DNA of 50,962 nucleotides from IMG/VR virus record IMGVR_UViG_3300045988_055689; one strand, written 5' to 3'. Shown in pieces: positions 15,068 to 22,579 of this stretch. The notes beneath the pieces are model-generated. The model was not told the DNA's origin. It saw only the letters and a program-made list of their open reading frames with translations, and made no database searches. The DNA is from a virus. The position numbers and the translations under genes are program-made. Position 1 is the stretch's first letter. Each line of letters opens with the position of its first letter.

Positions 15068-15835
15068 TCAGCAGCCGCAGCCGCACCCATTATAAGTCCC
15101 GCAGTAGGGATAAGGCGCGGGCACCTGATAGGCCGGAACAGGCATGGGATTGATGCGACGAATGAGTTCCGCAGTCTGCGCTTCCTGATTTGCTGTAATA
15201 AAGGCGTTCTGGGCCGCCTGGGAGGCCGCCAGCTTCAGGGACTGATTCTCTGCCTGGAGGCTGGAAATCTTGTCCTGGCAAAGGTAATCCAAAATCGCGC
15301 GGGTATTGGCATTGTTGTTGTCCAGAATGTCGCGGGTGGTATTCTGGATGGTATTGCGGGTATCGCAGGCCTGGGTAGCCATATCATACCGGACTCCCTG
15401 AATAGCAGTCTGGGTATCGCAGCAGCACTGCGCCAGCTGTGCGCCCAGAGAGTTAAAGCCGGTCTGAGTTTGATAGCCCAGATTGCAGATAGCCGTATCT
15501 ACCCCGTGGAAGCCATTGGTCATGGTGTTGTTCAGAGCAAACGTGCTGTCGCAGATGCCCTGCTGGATGCCCTGAATTCCACGCTCCACACCGTTGAAGG
15601 CGATGGCTTCATGCACGTCGGCACGGGTTGCAAGTCCCTGGAGGCCGGGACTATCAGAAGCACCGCCGCCAAAACCACCGAAGCCGCCGAAGCCGCCGCG
15701 GCCCCAGCCGAACACCATAGCCAGAATGATGATGCCCCAAAGGCCTTCCCAGGCACCGCCGCCGAAACCGTTGTTACAATTGCCGCCGTTGGAATCGCTG
15801 CCCAGCGCATAGCCAGTCGCAAAATCGTTATCCAT
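15068..15835 (-). CDS. Gly-rich/TM N-terminus, Cys-repeat core, coiled coil, CGCGC C-terminus protein (unknown function)
   Basis: 255 aa. Contains GGFGGFGGFGGG around LWGIIILAMVFGW, repeated C-D-T/S motifs, and ends in CGTYNGCGCGC. Confidence 0.6.
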   Translation of the reverse strand: MDNDFATGYALGSDSNGGNCNNGFGGGAWEGLWGIIILAMVFGWGRGGFGGFGGFGGGASDSPGLQGLATRADVHEAIAFNGVERGIQGIQQGICDSTFALNNTMTNGFHGVDTAICNLGYQTQTGFNSLGAQLAQCCCDTQTAIQGVRYDMATQACDTRNTIQNTTRDILDNNNANTRAILDYLCQDKISSLQAENQSLKLAASQAAQNAFITANQEAQTAELIRRINPMPVPAYQVPAPYPYCGTYNGCGCGC

Positions 15836-15942
15836 TTGTAGATACTCCTTTTTCAGTTATTACATCGGGGCCGTACGCTCCCCGGATGTTTCCAAAGAGC
15901 GGTTTTTATCAAGACCCGAAAACTGAAAAGGATGGTATATAA

Positions 15943-16185
15943 TTATCTGCTGCTTGGAATCGTTACGCCAAGCTGCCGGGCGAGGTCATCAATGGATATC
16001 CCCCGCTCCTTTGCCATGTTCTCCGCGATCTGCTGAAGCTGCTGAGGGTTCTTCCCCTGAATGAGCCTCATAGCCTGTGCCGCCTGCGGGTTTTGCCCTG
16101 CCATCTGTTGGAGGAGCTGCATGGGATTTCTCCCAGCCCGCATCATTTGGAGCATAGCCATCATGGGATTATTCATCGGCATCAT
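15943..16185 (-). CDS. Met/Gln-rich 80-aa protein with three NP(M/Q)Q repeats
   Basis: MMPMNNPMMAMLQMMRAGRNPMQLLQQMAGQNPQAAQAMRLIQGKNPQQLQQ... Confidence 0.5.
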   Translation of the reverse strand: MMPMNNPMMAMLQMMRAGRNPMQLLQQMAGQNPQAAQAMRLIQGKNPQQLQQIAENMAKERGISIDDLARQLGVTIPSSR

Positions 16186-16654
16186 TTTTCTTTCCCGCCT
16201 TTCCGATAGAAGCGGGCTTTTTCAGCCTTTCTATCTCCTCTTTGAGATTGTTGATGGTGTCTTTCATATCCATAAATTCATCCAGAGGCGCGAAGGCAGG
16301 GACCGGATTCTCTGCCGGCTGTTCCCGTACCTGCTGCTGGCTATGGAACTCAAACACATCCGCCGCGCCGGTGTTGGTGTTAAATCGCTTCATATAGATC
16401 ACATTATGGGCCAGGTCCGGGAAAAACATGGGATTTCCCATGAAGTCAACCGGAACTCCCAGAGCTTCCTCCCTGGAAGCCACAGGGCGGCAGAAGAAGG
16501 TGGGCTGTGTGTTTACATTTCCCTGAGGCTGCACGGCCTGTGAGGGCTGTTGAGGCGGTTGCTGGGGCTGATATACTTGTAGTGCCGGGGCGAACGGAGT
16601 CACGGGATTGTAGCCTCCGTAAGCCGGGTAAGTATAGTTAGGGAACGCCATCAT
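16169..16654 (-). CDS. Pro/Gln/Tyr-rich N-terminus protein with coiled-coil Lys-rich tail
   Basis: 161 aa. Begins MMAFPNYTYPAYGGYNPVTPFAPALQVYQPQQPPQQP... Confidence 0.55.
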   Translation of the reverse strand: MMAFPNYTYPAYGGYNPVTPFAPALQVYQPQQPPQQPSQAVQPQGNVNTQPTFFCRPVASREEALGVPVDFMGNPMFFPDLAHNVIYMKRFNTNTGAADVFEFHSQQQVREQPAENPVPAFAPLDEFMDMKDTINNLKEEIERLKKPASIGKAGKKNDADE

Positions 16655-17013
16655 GCATACTCCTTTCTGTCATCATAAAGAAGCTCTATTTGTTTGATAA
16701 AGGTCTCCAGTCCGGAGAAATTTCCCGCTGCTGCATATCGCTGGCATATGTCCTCCGCTGAAGATGCTGTATATCCGCAGGCTACCAGCCGCTTGACAAG
16801 CTCAGACCCATTCACAAGCAAAATAACACGTCCTTTCAAACAAAAAACGGAGTCCGTGAGGAGGGCGGCGACGTGTACCAACCCTTGAATCCTCACGTCC
16901 TCCATGTCTCTATTGTCGCATAAAAAATCCCCGCATGGGTGGCATCCATGTGGGAATTGTGTGAAGTTATGTGAAAAGAATAATGAGCCGTCTGGTTGTG
17001 ACAAACGGCTCAT
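16651..17013 (-). CDS. Hypothetical protein (Cys/His-rich N-terminus)
   Basis: 120 aa. It overlaps the next gene by ATGA. Confidence 0.45.
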   Translation of the reverse strand: MSRLSQPDGSLFFSHNFTQFPHGCHPCGDFLCDNRDMEDVRIQGLVHVAALLTDSVFCLKGRVILLVNGSELVKRLVACGYTASSAEDICQRYAAAGNFSGLETFIKQIELLYDDRKEYA

Positions 17014-17063
17014 GTCCCTTTTCTGATAAGGCTATGTAGGTTATGTGACAGTTGACTTGAAAT

Positions 17064-17573
17064 CTACAAATTCAGAAACATGGGCGTACAGCCTTCAACA
17101 AACATATTTGATGGCATCTCCATATCTCCTATAAACTTATTAAAGCCGTTTCGCTGGTAAAATGAAACAGCTTCTGGCACAGAATATAAAACAACATGGC
17201 TTGCTCCGCATACAGACTCAGAAATTCTATATATCTCCATTATCAAATAGCATAGACACAAGTCACTCCAGTGTTGTTCTCCGGATTCATCTGTTAAAAA
17301 AACCTGATGTTGATACCTCTCATCTACAGCAAAAATCTTAACTTCAATAGCTGGAGTAATATTAAACTTTGTCCGGGAATGAACTATAATGCCGCTGCAT
17401 GATAATGACGCTATCCCTATAAGCTCTTTCTTATCGGCATCCGCCCAAAAGCAATAGGAAACAGCGTCACTATCTGTGAGCAATTTTTCTTCAAAATACT
17501 TATCAATTTCCCTGTGACCACATTTGAAGGAAACCCCTCTGATGTCATCTGATGTCGCAGATAGACAAATCAT
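17064..17573 (-). CDS. GNAT-family acetyltransferase, TacT/AtaT-like type II toxin candidate
   Basis: 169 aa. Contains SFKCGHREIDKYFEE and IFAVDERYQHQ. It overlaps a small upstream gene by 4 nt. Confidence 0.5.
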   Translation of the reverse strand: MICLSATSDDIRGVSFKCGHREIDKYFEEKLLTDSDAVSYCFWADADKKELIGIASLSCSGIIVHSRTKFNITPAIEVKIFAVDERYQHQVFLTDESGEQHWSDLCLCYLIMEIYRISESVCGASHVVLYSVPEAVSFYQRNGFNKFIGDMEMPSNMFVEGCTPMFLNL

Positions 17574-17773
17574 TTGCCAGAATCACGTTCCTCTTGTAAT
17601 ATACGAATTTGCGCATCTAGCTGTTCCAGCCGCACGGTATCTCCGCTTTCAGCCTCTGCTTTCCTCACCTTTCGAAAGGCGTTCAGAACAGCATCCGTCT
17701 TTTGCGTTAGTATTTTAGCGTCTTTTGCATCAATTCGAAAAGCCGTTTTAATAGGTGCTGCCAACAGTGCCAT
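17570..17773 (-). CDS. Small RHH-like protein, candidate antitoxin of the GNAT toxin
   Basis: Start at MALLAAPIKTAFRIDAKDAKIL after AAAGGAGGAAAGGGGG. The N-terminus has a beta-strand-then-helix pattern. Confidence 0.4.
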   Translation of the reverse strand: MALLAAPIKTAFRIDAKDAKILTQKTDAVLNAFRKVRKAEAESGDTVRLEQLDAQIRILQEERDSGK

Positions 17774-17943
17774 TTGAATGCCCCCTTTCCTCCTTTTAAT
17801 TATACTGGCTTCCTCCTGTGCCAATCATATCATCCTCCAATATTAAATGCAACATCAAACTGTAAATTTTCCCTAGTATTTGTTTACATTTGGGCTTTAT
17901 AAAAAAGTATACGCCACTATGCAATATTGTATTCTATTCGCTA

Positions 17944-17975
17944 TGGAAAATCCGCGGAATCTTAAGATTCCACGG
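17944..17975 (-). terminator. Intrinsic terminator after the sigma-r4-like gene
   Basis: A 10-bp stem (17952-17961/17966-17975) has one pair that is G-U only on the minus strand. It is followed by attttcc. Confidence 0.5.
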
Positions 17976-17981
17976 ACTTCT

Positions 17982-18230
17982 TCAAAAATATTTTAATTTC
18001 TCTGCGGCGTTTTCTACTTTTAGAAGGATTCGTGAAATCCTGCGGCTAATCGTAGAGCGCTCCCATCCAAACTCCGCGGCAATCTCAATCTGCGGGATTT
18101 GATCAATCAGGTAGCGTTTAGCAATGTCCGTGTCATCGTTTCCCAGGTTGGCTTCCCGAATAGCCGTCTCCATTTGAGAACGCATCAGGCTATCCAGACT
18201 ATCAGGCAATTTGACACGGGCAGCTGCCAC
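17982..18230 (-). CDS. Small sigma-70 region-4-like HTH regulator
   Basis: 82 aa. IAKRYLIDQIPQIEIAAEFGWERSTISRRISRILLKV resembles sigma region 4. Confidence 0.5.
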   Translation of the reverse strand: MAAARVKLPDSLDSLMRSQMETAIREANLGNDDTDIAKRYLIDQIPQIEIAAEFGWERSTISRRISRILLKVENAAEKLKYF

Positions 18231-18248
18231 AATTTCACGTCCTTTCGA

Positions 18249-19601
18249 TTAAACTTTTCCGAGCCACTTTGCGAAACGATAAAACATAATCGCAATCTGT
18301 CTCCGAGTAGGTTGACTGTTTAGCATCATGTCTCCATTGGCGTCTCCCTGCATGATACCTACGTCCTGCACCCACTGGACCGCCAGATCACTTTCAAAAG
18401 GCTTGTCCACAGTTTCCTCCTTCCAGGCAATCCCCAGATAGTTCAGGACGCCCTTTGCTTCCGCTTCCGCCAGTTTCTGCCGGTATGCGGAGTTTTTGAG
18501 ATTTGCGGTGTCTGTTTGATTGGTGTGGAAGCCATGCTCGATCAGAACAGCCGGAGCCACGGTACCTTTCAAGACATACAGCGACGGGTCCGCCACAATC
18601 GGTGTAGACCTGACAGTAATTCCGGCGTCTTTGACGGCCTCCAGGATATCCTTTGCCGCCTCATAGCCGCTCCCGCTGGTCTTGTAGACATATGCGCTCC
18701 ATCCGGAGGCAGAGGACCAGCCTCCATCTCCAGCGGCGTTGCTGTGCAGGCTCACGAACAAATCAAGGTCTTTGATGGCGTTTGCAATCGCACACCGCTG
18801 CGCAAGGCTGACTTCCCCGCCGCCAGTCCTGGTCATGGTGGCAGCAACGCTATGCCGCTCCAGGATGCTCTGAATGCGTTTCCCCATGTCCAGGGCAAAC
18901 TCATGCTCATAATAGGTTCCGTCCGGGCTTTTGTTGGCGAGGTTTCCCGCGTCATGGCCCGGGTCCAGGACCACCTTTTTCTTTTCCACAGTTGTCTCCC
19001 CTTTCTTGAGATAGACCAGAATCAAATCATGCACGTTCCTGCTGCTCTGGATGACCGCTCCATTGAAATAACACTGGCTGGAGCCGCCGCTATCCAGCAT
19101 AACCGCGGAATCCCATCCTGCCGCTGTCAGATCGTCCCTGAGCGCTTCCGGCGTCCGGGTCATACTCCCTCCGTCCCTCGTACAGTAAAGGGCCAGAGAG
19201 CCGCCCTTGATGCCGATAGCGGAGCGTCCCCGCTTTCCTCCCTGGCCCTCGTCATAAATCAGTTTGGAGATTGGCTTTCCGGAAACAACCAGCGGTGTGC
19301 AGGTGATATAATTACGCTGAGAGGCGTCCGGCAGCGTGTCCATAGAGATGTCCGGTCCCTCATTCCAGGAGTAGCCGAAGACTGTGTAATCCGGTTTGCA
19401 GAGTACCTTCCCATCTGCTTTCAGGTGGCAGTTGGGCCGGAACGTGGACATGTTGTAGAGCGTGCCGTTGAGGATGTAATCCGCCCCGGTCTCCCTCTGA
19501 ATTTGAGAGAGAGCGCGGCGAGCGGTGTTGATGTAGAGCTGGATGCGCTGGATGTCTTTCAGAGGGATTGTTACCGCCAGATGGTCAGGCATTTCCATCA
19601 C
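18249..19601 (-). CDS. Multidomain endolysin: phosphodiester-glycosidase-like N-domain + N-acetylmuramoyl-L-alanine amidase (Amidase_3) + SLH-like wall-binding tail
   Basis: 450 aa. Contains VMLDSGGSSQ, VVLDPGHDAGN...SLHSNA...IEHGFHTN and the C-terminal stretch MQGDANGDMMLNSQPTRRQIAIMFYRF. Confidence 0.8.
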   Translation of the reverse strand: MMEMPDHLAVTIPLKDIQRIQLYINTARRALSQIQRETGADYILNGTLYNMSTFRPNCHLKADGKVLCKPDYTVFGYSWNEGPDISMDTLPDASQRNYITCTPLVVSGKPISKLIYDEGQGGKRGRSAIGIKGGSLALYCTRDGGSMTRTPEALRDDLTAAGWDSAVMLDSGGSSQCYFNGAVIQSSRNVHDLILVYLKKGETTVEKKKVVLDPGHDAGNLANKSPDGTYYEHEFALDMGKRIQSILERHSVAATMTRTGGGEVSLAQRCAIANAIKDLDLFVSLHSNAAGDGGWSSASGWSAYVYKTSGSGYEAAKDILEAVKDAGITVRSTPIVADPSLYVLKGTVAPAVLIEHGFHTNQTDTANLKNSAYRQKLAEAEAKGVLNYLGIAWKEETVDKPFESDLAVQWVQDVGIMQGDANGDMMLNSQPTRRQIAIMFYRFAKWLGKV

Positions 19602-19788
19602 TCCCGGAGTTGCGCTTTTCGGCCTGGGTACCGAAGTAGAATGCGATCACCACGGTGAATACGGTGAGGAACTGCTCTGCCGTCACGCCGCCGGTACAGG
19701 TCAGGTAGGCGAACACCGCCGTGAGAATTACCGTGACAATGCTCTTGACGGCCAGCAGGTTTGACAGCCGTTTCTTCAAAAGCTCCAT
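19585..19788 (-). CDS. Holin
   Basis: 67 aa. Two hydrophobic helices and a charged C-terminus. It lies directly upstream of, and overlaps, the endolysin gene. Confidence 0.7.
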   Translation of the reverse strand: MELLKKRLSNLLAVKSIVTVILTAVFAYLTCTGGVTAEQFLTVFTVVIAFYFGTQAEKRNSGSDGNA

Positions 19789-19830
19789 GTGTTTTCCTTT
19801 CCGGGCAGCACAAAAGCCGCCCTGTCGTGC

Positions 19831-19858
19831 TTGACAAAGCGGCTTGATTTGGTATAAT
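19831..19858 (+). promoter_or_regulatory. Near-consensus promoter TTGACA-16-TGgTATAAT
   Basis: Read directly. No ORF with an RBS lies downstream. Confidence 0.65.
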
Positions 19859-19864
19859 GAATGT

Positions 19865-19953
19865 ACAAGGGCGCTGTTGTTTGACGGTTAGCCCCTCATA
19901 CGCTCAACTCTCGTTGACCGCTCGGGTAGCAGCCGGGCGGTCAACACGCTTTT
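19865..19953 (+). ncRNA. Candidate ~90-nt antisense sRNA (type I antitoxin-like)
   Basis: It starts after the consensus promoter. It ends at a 13-bp hairpin (19913-19925/19933-19945) plus TTTT (19950-19953). Its 3' end overlaps the convergent peptide ORF. Confidence 0.5.
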
Positions 19954-20024
19954 ATGGTCAGTATGTAGGCCGTAAAGACCGCGCACACTAAAATCCAAAG
20001 GATTTTCGCCAGAAGGCGTCCCAC
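19941..20024 (-). CDS. 27-codon hydrophobic peptide (type I toxin-like): (M)GRLLAKILWILVCAVFTAYILTIKAC
   Basis: GTG start 10 nt after GAGGGGAGGTGA. One TM-length hydrophobic core is flanked by basic residues. It has its own consensus promoter. Confidence 0.45.
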   Translation of the reverse strand: MGRLLAKILWILVCAVFTAYILTIKAC

Positions 20025-20104
20025 AATCGCATCACCTCCCCTCTACAGGGAAGTGGCTAACCGCCGTATACAACAGCGCCCAGGGCCTTTTTCAAGGCAG
20101 GTTT

Positions 20105-20133
20105 ATTCTACCAAAAGCGCCGCTTTGTGTCAA
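20105..20133 (-). promoter_or_regulatory. Consensus promoter TTGACA-17-TGgTAGAAT driving the small peptide
   Basis: Read on the reverse complement: -35 at 20133-20128 and -10 at 20110-20105. Confidence 0.6.
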
Positions 20134-20138
20134 TCTTC

Positions 20139-20162
20139 GCCGCCTGGATGGGTGGCTTTTTT
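20139..20162 (+). terminator. Plus-strand intrinsic terminator
   Basis: gccgcc/ggtggc stem with one G-U pair valid only on the plus strand, followed by TTTTTT. Confidence 0.45.
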
Positions 20163-20163
20163 C

Positions 20164-20484
20164 TTACTTCCGGGTCGCCTTAACCGCGTAGCCCAGCTCG
20201 TCATAGGTCACATCAAACCTGCCAGCATTGGTCTTCTGCTCCACGACCTGACCAGCCAGCTCCTTACGGCGGGACAGGTCGGGTTTATCCGGATAAACCA
20301 CATGCTCACCAGTAGCAGGTGTAAAGCCCTGCTCCATTTCCTCCTTCGTCCAGCCGCCGCCAGGGTTCTTGTTCGGGTCCAGAGAAAAGTTCGCGCCAGC
20401 CTCTTTCAGCTTCGCGTTGGCCTCCTCCACCGTGATCTTACCGGCCTTGTACTGCTCCATGATGTCGTTGATGGTCTTGTTCAT
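20164..20484 (-). CDS. Hypothetical protein
   Basis: Start at MNKTINDIMEQYKAGKITVEEANAKLKEAG after AAAGGAAG. 106 aa. Confidence 0.55.
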   Translation of the reverse strand: MNKTINDIMEQYKAGKITVEEANAKLKEAGANFSLDPNKNPGGGWTKEEMEQGFTPATGEHVVYPDKPDLSRRKELAGQVVEQKTNAGRFDVTYDELGYAVKATRK

Positions 20485-20537
20485 AATATGTACTTCCTTT
20501 CTTTTTCCGGCTGTGCCGGTTAATAACAAACTGTTGA

Positions 20538-20879
20538 TTAGGGGACAATCAGGTTTAGAACCGCGAGTGCCGCTGCTGTCAAAATGGAGGAAAGCACCGC
20601 GACAACCACTTTGCTTTTGATATCGCTCCATTGTCTTCCTGGCTTTTGCTGTTCCGCTTCCTGCCATGCGATCAGCTTGTCCAGCTTTTCCATGATATTG
20701 TCATACTGCTCATTCCGGGCGGCTTCTGCCTTTTCAAGCTCCCGGATGCGGTCGAACAGTTTTCCGTGGGTGTCTCTTGCCTGTTCCTGCAATTTCTCCA
20801 TCTGCTTTTCCAACATGTCCGCTTTTTGCAGGCCCAAACAATCCCGCTGTGGGTCTATGATACATTTTTCATTACTCAT
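20538..20879 (-). CDS. XhlA-like lysis-associated membrane protein (coiled coil + C-terminal TM)
   Basis: The architecture and the LEKQMEKLQEQ...VVVAVLSSILTAAALAVL pattern resemble PBSX XhlA. Confidence 0.5.
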   Translation of the reverse strand: MSNEKCIIDPQRDCLGLQKADMLEKQMEKLQEQARDTHGKLFDRIRELEKAEAARNEQYDNIMEKLDKLIAWQEAEQQKPGRQWSDIKSKVVVAVLSSILTAAALAVLNLIVP

Positions 20880-20924
20880 GGGCAGCACCGCCTATCTGTG
20901 GTATAATCTTTTTGAGGTGATGAT

Positions 20925-21119
20925 ATGGATATGGATTTGTATAAAGTTACTGTGATCTGTTCAAAGTGCGGACGAATGGCCCCTTTCACTCCGCCAGATG
21001 GTTCCAACATATGGGGTTCTTGGGACTGGCATCATCCCTGTTCCTTTTGCGGGGAAACCGCATGGGTTGCCCACGAACCGGTCCGGGACTGGAAAACTGG
21101 GAAGCCGATGGACCTTTAA
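20925..21119 (+). CDS. 64-aa zinc-ribbon protein (plus-strand moron in the late region)
   Basis: Extended -10 TGgTATAAT at 20899-20907. RBS GAGGTGA. Contains CSKCG...CSFCG. Confidence 0.5.
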   Translation: MDMDLYKVTVICSKCGRMAPFTPPDGSNIWGSWDWHHPCSFCGETAWVAHEPVRDWKTGKPMDL

Positions 21120-21209
21120 GGTTTGACGCGCATACTTGATCTCGCTTTTTATGAAAAAGCCTGTGTGATTTGCTTGTTGAAAATGTATGGACATTACGCC
21201 ATGGAGATT

Positions 21210-21707
21210 TCATGTTACTTTGTATACTCTTACATCAGAGCCAGGGGCGTTCATATCGGTAACATTTCCTGATAATGTCAGATATGAGCTATATCGCATA
21301 AAAATTAAGGTTCCCTGCACTGCGCTGAATGTAGTCCCACTTGCTGTGTTAGGTGTTATTAATACACTAGTTACAATAAGATTTCCCGCGTTCAAACTTG
21401 TATGATATATACTAATATTATTAGATATACCGTCGTTTATAATCGCGATCCTTTTCACGGCTGGCGCTTTAACAGATAGTGTACCCACAACATTAACACC
21501 GGACACGCTTGTAAATGTCTTTCCACTCGTTACATCTGCCGTAGTAGCGGTTCCCAGGTTTGCAAGCATATCACAAACTTCTGCCGTTCCAGTGATTATT
21601 TCACCGTTGCTATCTATGGCCTGTTTTCCGGCGGCTAGATTCTCCGCTGTTGCTGGATTAGACAGCTCCGGAAGAGATGTACCAATGATCATCTGATTTG
21701 CAATCAT
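21210..21707 (-). CDS. Tail fibre-associated protein (paralogous N-terminus to 25763-26590)
   Basis: LPELSNPATAENLAAGKQAIDSNGEIITGTAE and TSGKTFTSVSGVNVVGT are shared with the other gene. Confidence 0.5.
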   Translation of the reverse strand: MIANQMIIGTSLPELSNPATAENLAAGKQAIDSNGEIITGTAEVCDMLANLGTATTADVTSGKTFTSVSGVNVVGTLSVKAPAVKRIAIINDGISNNISIYHTSLNAGNLIVTSVLITPNTASGTTFSAVQGTLIFMRYSSYLTLSGNVTDMNAPGSDVRVYKVT

Positions 21708-21716
21708 GTGTCCTCC

Positions 21717-22406
21717 TTAGCTTTTAACATCAGTTATTACCACATACACCGTCAAATCCGCTTCCGGAACCGTCTGGCAGGTGAAGGTCAGATTATTGGC
21801 GGCTTGTCCGGTGCACAAGATTCCTGCGGCGAGGTAAGCGGCTTGCGAGGCAATAGCGGGCACAGGCTGAATCAGCTGCTTTGTCTCGTCTGCAAGTACT
21901 CCTGGAACAGTAATTGTCTGAGAATTGCTACTCCAGGCGGATGTGACCAAAGTAATTGGATATGCCTTTAGCTTTTGTTCTTGCAGAATTTGATTGAAAT
22001 ACGAAAGGCTAACAGGATTTGAATCCTGTGTCGGTTCTGTGGGAACTAACACATTTCCGTTGAAAGCGACATCAGCACTAAAAACAGCAGAGCCATAAAA
22101 GCCTGATTTCTCCATAAAAGCAACTGGTCCGGAAACGGTTCCGCCATCATTTCTGATCAAATATCGTGCGTCAGCTTCTTCCTGCGTGATGCCGCTCGCT
22201 GGCGCGTCTTGAGCCTGTGCATTTCCCTCAGCATCGAAGCCAACTACTTGTCCTTTGGTTCCACTGAGTTTATTCTGCTTGTTTTTTACTTCTGCAAGCG
22301 CTGTATTAAATTCATCTTCTGTGCCGGTATAGCCGCCATCCTTGGCGGATTCATAGGCCGATTTACCGGCCCCTGCCACCAGCTTTCCATTTACTTTGAT
22401 TGCCAT
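21717..22406 (-). CDS. Tail fibre protein
   Basis: The N-terminus GKSAYESAKDGGYTGTEDEF is typical of phage fibre proteins. Confidence 0.55.
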   Translation of the reverse strand: MAIKVNGKLVAGAGKSAYESAKDGGYTGTEDEFNTALAEVKNKQNKLSGTKGQVVGFDAEGNAQAQDAPASGITQEEADARYLIRNDGGTVSGPVAFMEKSGFYGSAVFSADVAFNGNVLVPTEPTQDSNPVSLSYFNQILQEQKLKAYPITLVTSAWSSNSQTITVPGVLADETKQLIQPVPAIASQAAYLAAGILCTGQAANNLTFTCQTVPEADLTVYVVITDVKS

Positions 22407-22561
22407 TGTTCAACTCCCTGCCTAGTCATCATTTCGCTTAGGGCGCTGTACTCCTCTGGGGTCAGCCTGTCCGCCGCCAGATACACATCCATCTTCTCCT
22501 GTAGGCCTTCCGTCCGGCCTCGGTCAATCAGCAGCTTGCAGAGATTGTATACAGTAGACAT
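22391..22561 (-). CDS. XkdX-like small tail protein
   Basis: Translated by hand, 56 aa: MSTVYNLCKLLIDRGRTEGLQEKMDVYLAADRLTPEEYSALSEMM... RBS AAAGGAAGG. Confidence 0.5.
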   Translation of the reverse strand: MSTVYNLCKLLIDRGRTEGLQEKMDVYLAADRLTPEEYSALSEMMTRQGVEQWQSK

Positions 22562-22579
22562 AGAGTCCTTCCTTTCGCG

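Noticed and set aside
13807-15841. Long plus-strand ORFs (359 aa and 317 aa) opposite the low-complexity cluster
   Set aside because: They have no RBS and translate to Arg/Ala/Gly/His-rich nonsense. They lie exactly antisense to better minus-strand genes with RBSs. These are shadow ORFs typical of G+C-rich repetitive coding DNA.
18516-19658. 380-aa plus-strand ORF opposite the endolysin
   Set aside because: This is an antisense shadow of a gene with clear amidase motifs. It has no RBS and its composition is not protein-like.
19865-20000. 45-codon plus-strand ORF starting inside the -10 of the 19831 promoter
   Set aside because: It has no RBS, its start codon lies within the promoter, it runs through the terminator hairpin, and its composition is not protein-like.
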